DNA of 24,000 nucleotides from an uncultured bacterium (GTDB lineage Bacteria; Chlamydiota; Chlamydiia; Chlamydiales; Criblamydiaceae): NCBI GenBank assembly GCA_964367715.1, contig CAYIYO010000008.1, positions 17,917 to 41,916 of the forward strand, read 5' to 3'. Shown piece by piece: positions 23,101 to 24,000 of this stretch (position 1 is its first letter; each line of letters starts with the position of its first letter). The notes under the pieces were generated by a model. It saw only the letters and a program-made list of their open reading frames with translations, ran no database searches and was not told where the DNA came from. The position numbers and the translations under genes were made by a program.

Positions 23101-24000
23101 ATTTTTACCGGGCCTTCGGGATCGGGAAAAAGCTCGCTTGCTTTTGATACCATCTATGCCGAAGGACAGCGCCGCTATATCGAGTCATTATCTTCGTATG
23201 CACGCCAATTCGTTAAACAGATGCCTAAGCCAAAAGTGGGACGTGCCGATGGCCTTTCGCCTGCGATTGCGATTGAACAAAAGGCACATGCGGGGAATCC
23301 GCGCTCTACCATTGGAACCATGACCGAGATTTACGATTATTTGCGTATTTTATATGCGCGGATTGGAATTCCACATGATCCTGAGACGGGAGAAGTCATT
23401 CGTTCCATTAGCAAAAGTTTTGTTGTGGAGCGCGTGTTGGCGTATCCTGAGGGAGAAAAGATTCAGATTTTGGCTCCGATTGAATTGAAGAAAAACGAAA
23501 AATTTGAAGAAACAATCGTTCGTTTGCGCCGTCAGGGATTTGTTCGTATTCGTTTAAATGGCGTTTTTCATGATCTCGACGAAGAAAGTGCGACGATGGG
23601 ATTTGATCGTAAGCGCAAAAATGAATTGATGCTTGTGATTGATCGAATCAAAGTGCAGGCGAGTATAAAAAATCGGGTGGCGGAAGCAATAGAAAATGCC
23701 GCTTCATTCGGGCAAAATACCCTTGTTGTGATGCGTGAAAATAATGAAGATGTGTTATTCAATCTTGCATTTTCTGTTGAAAGTACCGGGAAATCCTATG
23801 CAACGATTACTCCGCATACCTTTGCATTCAACGTCAATGAAGGGATGTGCTTCGACTGCCAAGGACTGGGCTACCAATATGGGGCGAATCTGACACAGCG
23901 CGAAGATATTATGACCCATTCTGCATCTGCTCTCATGCAATTTTTGTGGTTGGATAAGCATACGAAAGGGGCATTTAAAGTCTTTGAATGCTTCCTTGAT
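20131..24000 (+). CDS. uvrA: Excinuclease ABC subunit A, double-length form: one complete UvrA unit fused in frame to a second UvrA unit (3' end runs off the window)
   Basis: Absent from the ORF track because there is no stop in the window. Hand translation from GTG 20131 gives [60 protein letters not shown]...[12 protein letters not shown]...[11 protein letters not shown]...[10 protein letters not shown]...[12 protein letters not shown]...[11 protein letters not shown]...[15 protein letters not shown]. After a linker of about 30 aa, the same frame reads [55 protein letters not shown]... (from about 23029). I saw no stop in this frame across 20131-24000. Confidence 0.9.
   Translation, partial: [1290 protein letters not shown]

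Noticed and set aside
20634-23961. ORFs inside uvrA in other frames or on the other strand (for example 20822-21223 +, 20935-21420 -, 21656-22024 -, 22752-23015 -, 23069-23323 +)
   Set aside because: The frame opening at 20131 encodes canonical UvrA motifs throughout with no stop seen. The listed ORFs are shadow frames.

Overview
This is a dense, mostly housekeeping chromosomal segment of about 20 genes on both strands, with short spacers and several stop/start overlaps. Several markers suggest a member of the Chlamydiota, probably an environmental (non-Chlamydiaceae) lineage. The markers are an in-frame double-length UvrA-UvrA, a Cys-free L36 next to long-form S14 as an isolated pair, rpmH-rnpA, SucA and System II cytochrome c maturation genes. 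This assignment comes from remembered protein families, not from a search. Gene order: sucA (-, partial) | lipoprotein-resB-ccsA (+) | acidic protein-hemW (+) | uvrD/pcrA, rnpA, rpmH (-) | rpmJ-rpsN (+) | DUF2147 (+) | GYF-domain membrane protein (-) | asp23 + AmaP-like anchor (+) | pyk (-) | HMA-like secreted protein (+) | 942-aa + ~152-aa low-GC gene pair (+) | 455-aa secreted acidic protein (-) | uvrA (+, partial). Four real genes are missing from the supplied ORF track and were found by hand translation. sucA (1-912) and uvrA (20131-24000) run off the window; rpmH and rpmJ are under 60 aa. I recognised no rRNA, tRNA, CRISPR array, transposase or integrase. Three things deserve a second look. 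(1) An AT-rich two-gene insertion at 15.2-18.6 kb encodes a 942-aa protein with papain-type Cys and His active-site signatures about 396 residues apart. (2) A dispersed palindromic repeat family has four copies in this window. One arm supplies the identical last four codons and stop (SIHK*) to two unrelated genes. (3) Two complete UvrA units are fused in frame. All functional calls rest on motif recognition by eye, with no database search.
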